The position numbers and the translations under genes were made by a program. A DNA stretch of 62,781 bases, filler included, from Sphacelaria rigidula (Eukaryota): assembly GCA_964200075.2 (NCBI GenBank). It is 6 parts of 6 records of this genome, joined end to end, with 100 filler letters (N's around TTAATTAATTAA, not from the genome) between each part and the next. Parts side by side here need not be neighbours in the genome. Positions count along the whole stretch, not along the records: positions 52,403 to 62,781 come from CAXNAA020006610.1; 5 more parts are not named here. One strand, given 5' to 3'. This document shows, one piece after another, positions 59,793-62,781 of this stretch (the stretch's first letter is position 1; each line of letters begins with the position of its first letter). The notes under the pieces are model-generated. The model was not told the DNA's origin, ran no database searches, and worked only from the letters and a program-made list of their open reading frames with translations.

Positions 59793-62719
59793 GAAACGAT
59801 GAAAAAGGTGACGCGGTAACAGAAAAGTCGGAAGGTGGTGGGGGATCAGACAACTGCTACGTGGCTTCGAGGCAGAGTTCACAGACTCACGGGTGAGTCT
59901 TCTGTGGAGATTGGTTGCTCGGGAACCCAACACGCGTTGGAGAGATGTGTAGGAAGGCGTCCATCCTCACCGCTAGCCCGCGAGAAAGGTTACGCCTACA
60001 AGCGTATTTTCGCCAAAAGAACGTGCAAAGACGCTTGTAAAAGCGGGGGGTAATGTGGGACCAACCACGTAGGAGGGAAATGTTTCCCACAGGTGTCCGT
60101 CGAGCATTCCATTCACCTCTTCACACTGCAAAGCATTTGTAGGGTGAAAAATCTGGTTTCATATTTTGTAAAACATTTATGCTTTTCAGAGTCCATTAGG
60201 ATCGAGTTTCAAAATTTGAAGATATTATACGTGTTTTGCGACGTCGAACGGCATTAGTACACTGAGCTGCGTGTGGGACGAGCAGGTCACTGACAGCTAT
60301 ATACGAGAAGGGCACAGTTGACAATAAAATAAAGATATATGCATTTATGTTCCACAACACTGTCCTAAAACATGCATGAATATTTTGTGCGTGGTTTTGT
60401 TCGATCCTGTTGTTCGTGTGGTGGTTTTGCACCCCGTGCTGCATGGGTCCCGTGTCGTGCGGTGGTTATACACCCCTTGCTGCATGGATCTCAACCTTGA
60501 GCGAGTTTCTGTACGTTTTTTTAGAAGAATCCAACTCTCCCAAAAATATCGATCATCATATTACTTATCTACATTGCTTTCACTGATTCCGTGTCTGTCC
60601 TGCCATTTGAGCCATCGCCTATTCCTTTGATTTAATTGGGGTGCAGAGGATGAGGTGAGCACTTATGGGGTACTGACAGCACATCCGACGAAAAACCCTG
60701 ATCGATCAATGGTAGTAACCGATGAAGACGTGTTTTGTTAAAACTAATCTCTTCTGTGTCACACAACATGCGAGCTTTGCTACCACGGCTTGTAAGTTGC
60801 GCGTCCTGTCGTGTTCACCCTTGTTTGGGGAGAAAGCGGACAGTTTGTACCCGTTACAAAAGCACTAGACTACAGATATTTTATCTCCGGAGAATGATTT
60901 TCAAACATTCATATTACCAAAATACAGAGTATGTATGTATGACGATGCCACTCTCAATCATCTTGATCCTTAAATCGCTGACTCCTCAATACTGAGCTAG
61001 ATAGGATTTGCTTCTACACCTTAGTCACCCAGGTAATACGTGAACGCCGGAACACATCCTTTTTTCTGGGACAACCCGACTCTCATGAAACCCTCGATCA
61101 ATTCTCAGCGTACGAGTCTCGCCTCAGAGCACGTATTTTGCCGGCTGACAGTCCAGACACCCAGGAGTTTTCAGGGGGCAGGGGGTGACTCTTTCGTGGA
61201 GGATTAGGTGCTTGATCCCAGATCAACCGAGAATCTTGCATAGTCAACCATGCGTGTTTGAAGTCTCCAAAGGCAATCCTCAAGTCGGGCACCAAGCCCG
61301 AAGGGAGGGGAGTGATCATTATCACTGCTTTGATTGGTGAACCTAGCCATGATAGCCCCCCACATAATACCTACAACAGGACACCCACAGAACACCTCAG
61401 CCGTTTTCGATCTGTTGGGTACCGACTGGTCATCAATTCGAGCACAAAAGAGAGGACGGGCTTGATGATCTGTGCGTAGTCTTTGCTCCCTGTCTCGAAC
61501 CTCATGTGCTGTCAAGGTACGTACACTCTGCAGTGTTGATGTGGACACTAAGCAGAAAGGGAAAATACGTGCAGCGCAGCCTGCGTGCAGTAGAGAGCGA
61601 TAACGCACAAGCTGGATATTTGATGCCGTTTTACCCAGTCTCCGGTGACAAACGCGGTTGAACGGTAAAGCAACACCGCCACCAACAGCAACAGCAACAT
61701 CACAGACAGGGGACACGTAAGTTCAGATAAGGCGATGACTCTTGTTACGATAGCCTCCCCCCCCCCCCAAAGTGGGTGGTTTGGGGAGGCGAGATCTCGA
61801 CGTAAATTGAAATGATAAAAGTCGAACAAAACGAGCAGCTGGGGATTCCCACGCTTGGGTTCGTTTTCGCCGATGTCGCCCATATGACGCGCTTGATGCA
61901 GCCTGATTTCAAGCATCACGTGCTATTTGATCGTTTTTTTCGTGACAGTTTTGGGCTGGTTTGGGGGAGTGGCTATCGTAGAAACGCTGCGATATGACAT
62001 GCGCGGATGATTAACGCGGCGCCGGAGAGGCCCGACAGTGCAGGGGAGACAGTGGATTCCGTACCTGCCCAGTAAGGGTCCCTCCTATCCCCTGCAACCA
62101 CGGAAGCAACACCCAAGGCGATTGTATCGGCGCTGCCGGCGACCGCGGCGACGTCGGTCGGGACGCCAGCAGTGCAGGAGGCGACAACGGCGGAGGAGAC
62201 AGCCCCATCACCTCCGGAGAAAAGGGAGTTGCTGCCGAAAGGACAAGGGGAGGCGCCACGTCTGGTGGGGGGCTCTAACAGCAGAGGTACTGGCCATGGT
62301 AGTAGGGCGCGCGGACAGTGAGATCTAGGTGGCCGAGGGCGGGCTGGTCGCCCCGTGGCAGACGAGCGCGGGGATGGTGAAAACGCCAACGGCGGACACA
62401 GCGTCGAAGGTACCTGACGACGTGGACAACCGAGAATTTTCAACCCCGAAAGGGGAGAGGGGAGCTACTCCCACCAGACCTCAACACCCACGTCTCCCGC
62501 TGGCGTCGCAGAACTTTTGCTGCACGGAGCAAGTGTCTTCCATCACCACTATATACCCTTCGCAGAGTTTACCGTCACGGAGACTGTGAAGCCTAGTTGC
62601 CTTTGTCAATTGACGTTATTTGAACTAACTCTTGTGTATAGAACAGCCAAACACTTAATTATGCATACATTGTACGCAGACAAAGCCACGTAGACTCCAA
62701 CCCCCCCCCCGCCCCGGTT

Positions 62720-62781
62720 AGACACCCATGAGGCAGTGTGAGAGCCGTGGCTGTCTCTGGAAGTGACGATACCACAAAATA
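62720..62781 (+). repeat. Family B fragment (internal)
   Basis: GAGGCAGTGTGAGAGCCGTGGCTGTCTCTGGAAGTG matches ~46995-47030. Confidence 0.75.

Noticed and set aside
61098-62589. Several ORF fragments (Ala/Thr/Pro-rich) near the window end
   Set aside because: Interrupted by stops, with no recognisable domain or coherent exon chain.

Overview
This window is not one locus. It holds six unrelated eukaryotic contigs of 10382, 10381, 10380, 10380, 10379 and 10379 bp, sorted by decreasing length and joined by artificial 100-bp linkers (44N-TTAATTAATTAA-44N). Short exons, long repeat-filled introns and the style of the retroelements suggest a brown alga or related stramenopile; this is inference only. 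Contig 1 contains a decayed Ty1/Copia retrotransposon interrupted by two insertions: a 1.65-kb non-autonomous TIR element (8-bp TSD) with three phased 42/43-bp arrays of a CAATATATATTG palindrome, and a 663-bp solo LTR. Contig 2 contains the 5' part of an RTE-like LINE, repeats and a tRNA-like head. Contig 3 contains six exons of a proline-rich protein gene, five of them symmetric phase-1. Contig 4 contains the 3' six exons of a large unknown protein gene with a probable GC-AG intron. Contig 5 contains the 5' exons of a putative membrane protein gene, several foldback MITEs and an unusual concatemer of units bounded by 40-bp TIRs that carry Pol III A/B boxes. Contig 6 contains rearranged LINE fragments. 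There are no prokaryotic operons, cas genes or rRNA. The best novelty candidates are the phased-array transposon (5202-6852) and the tRNA-like TIR concatemer (51201-51960).
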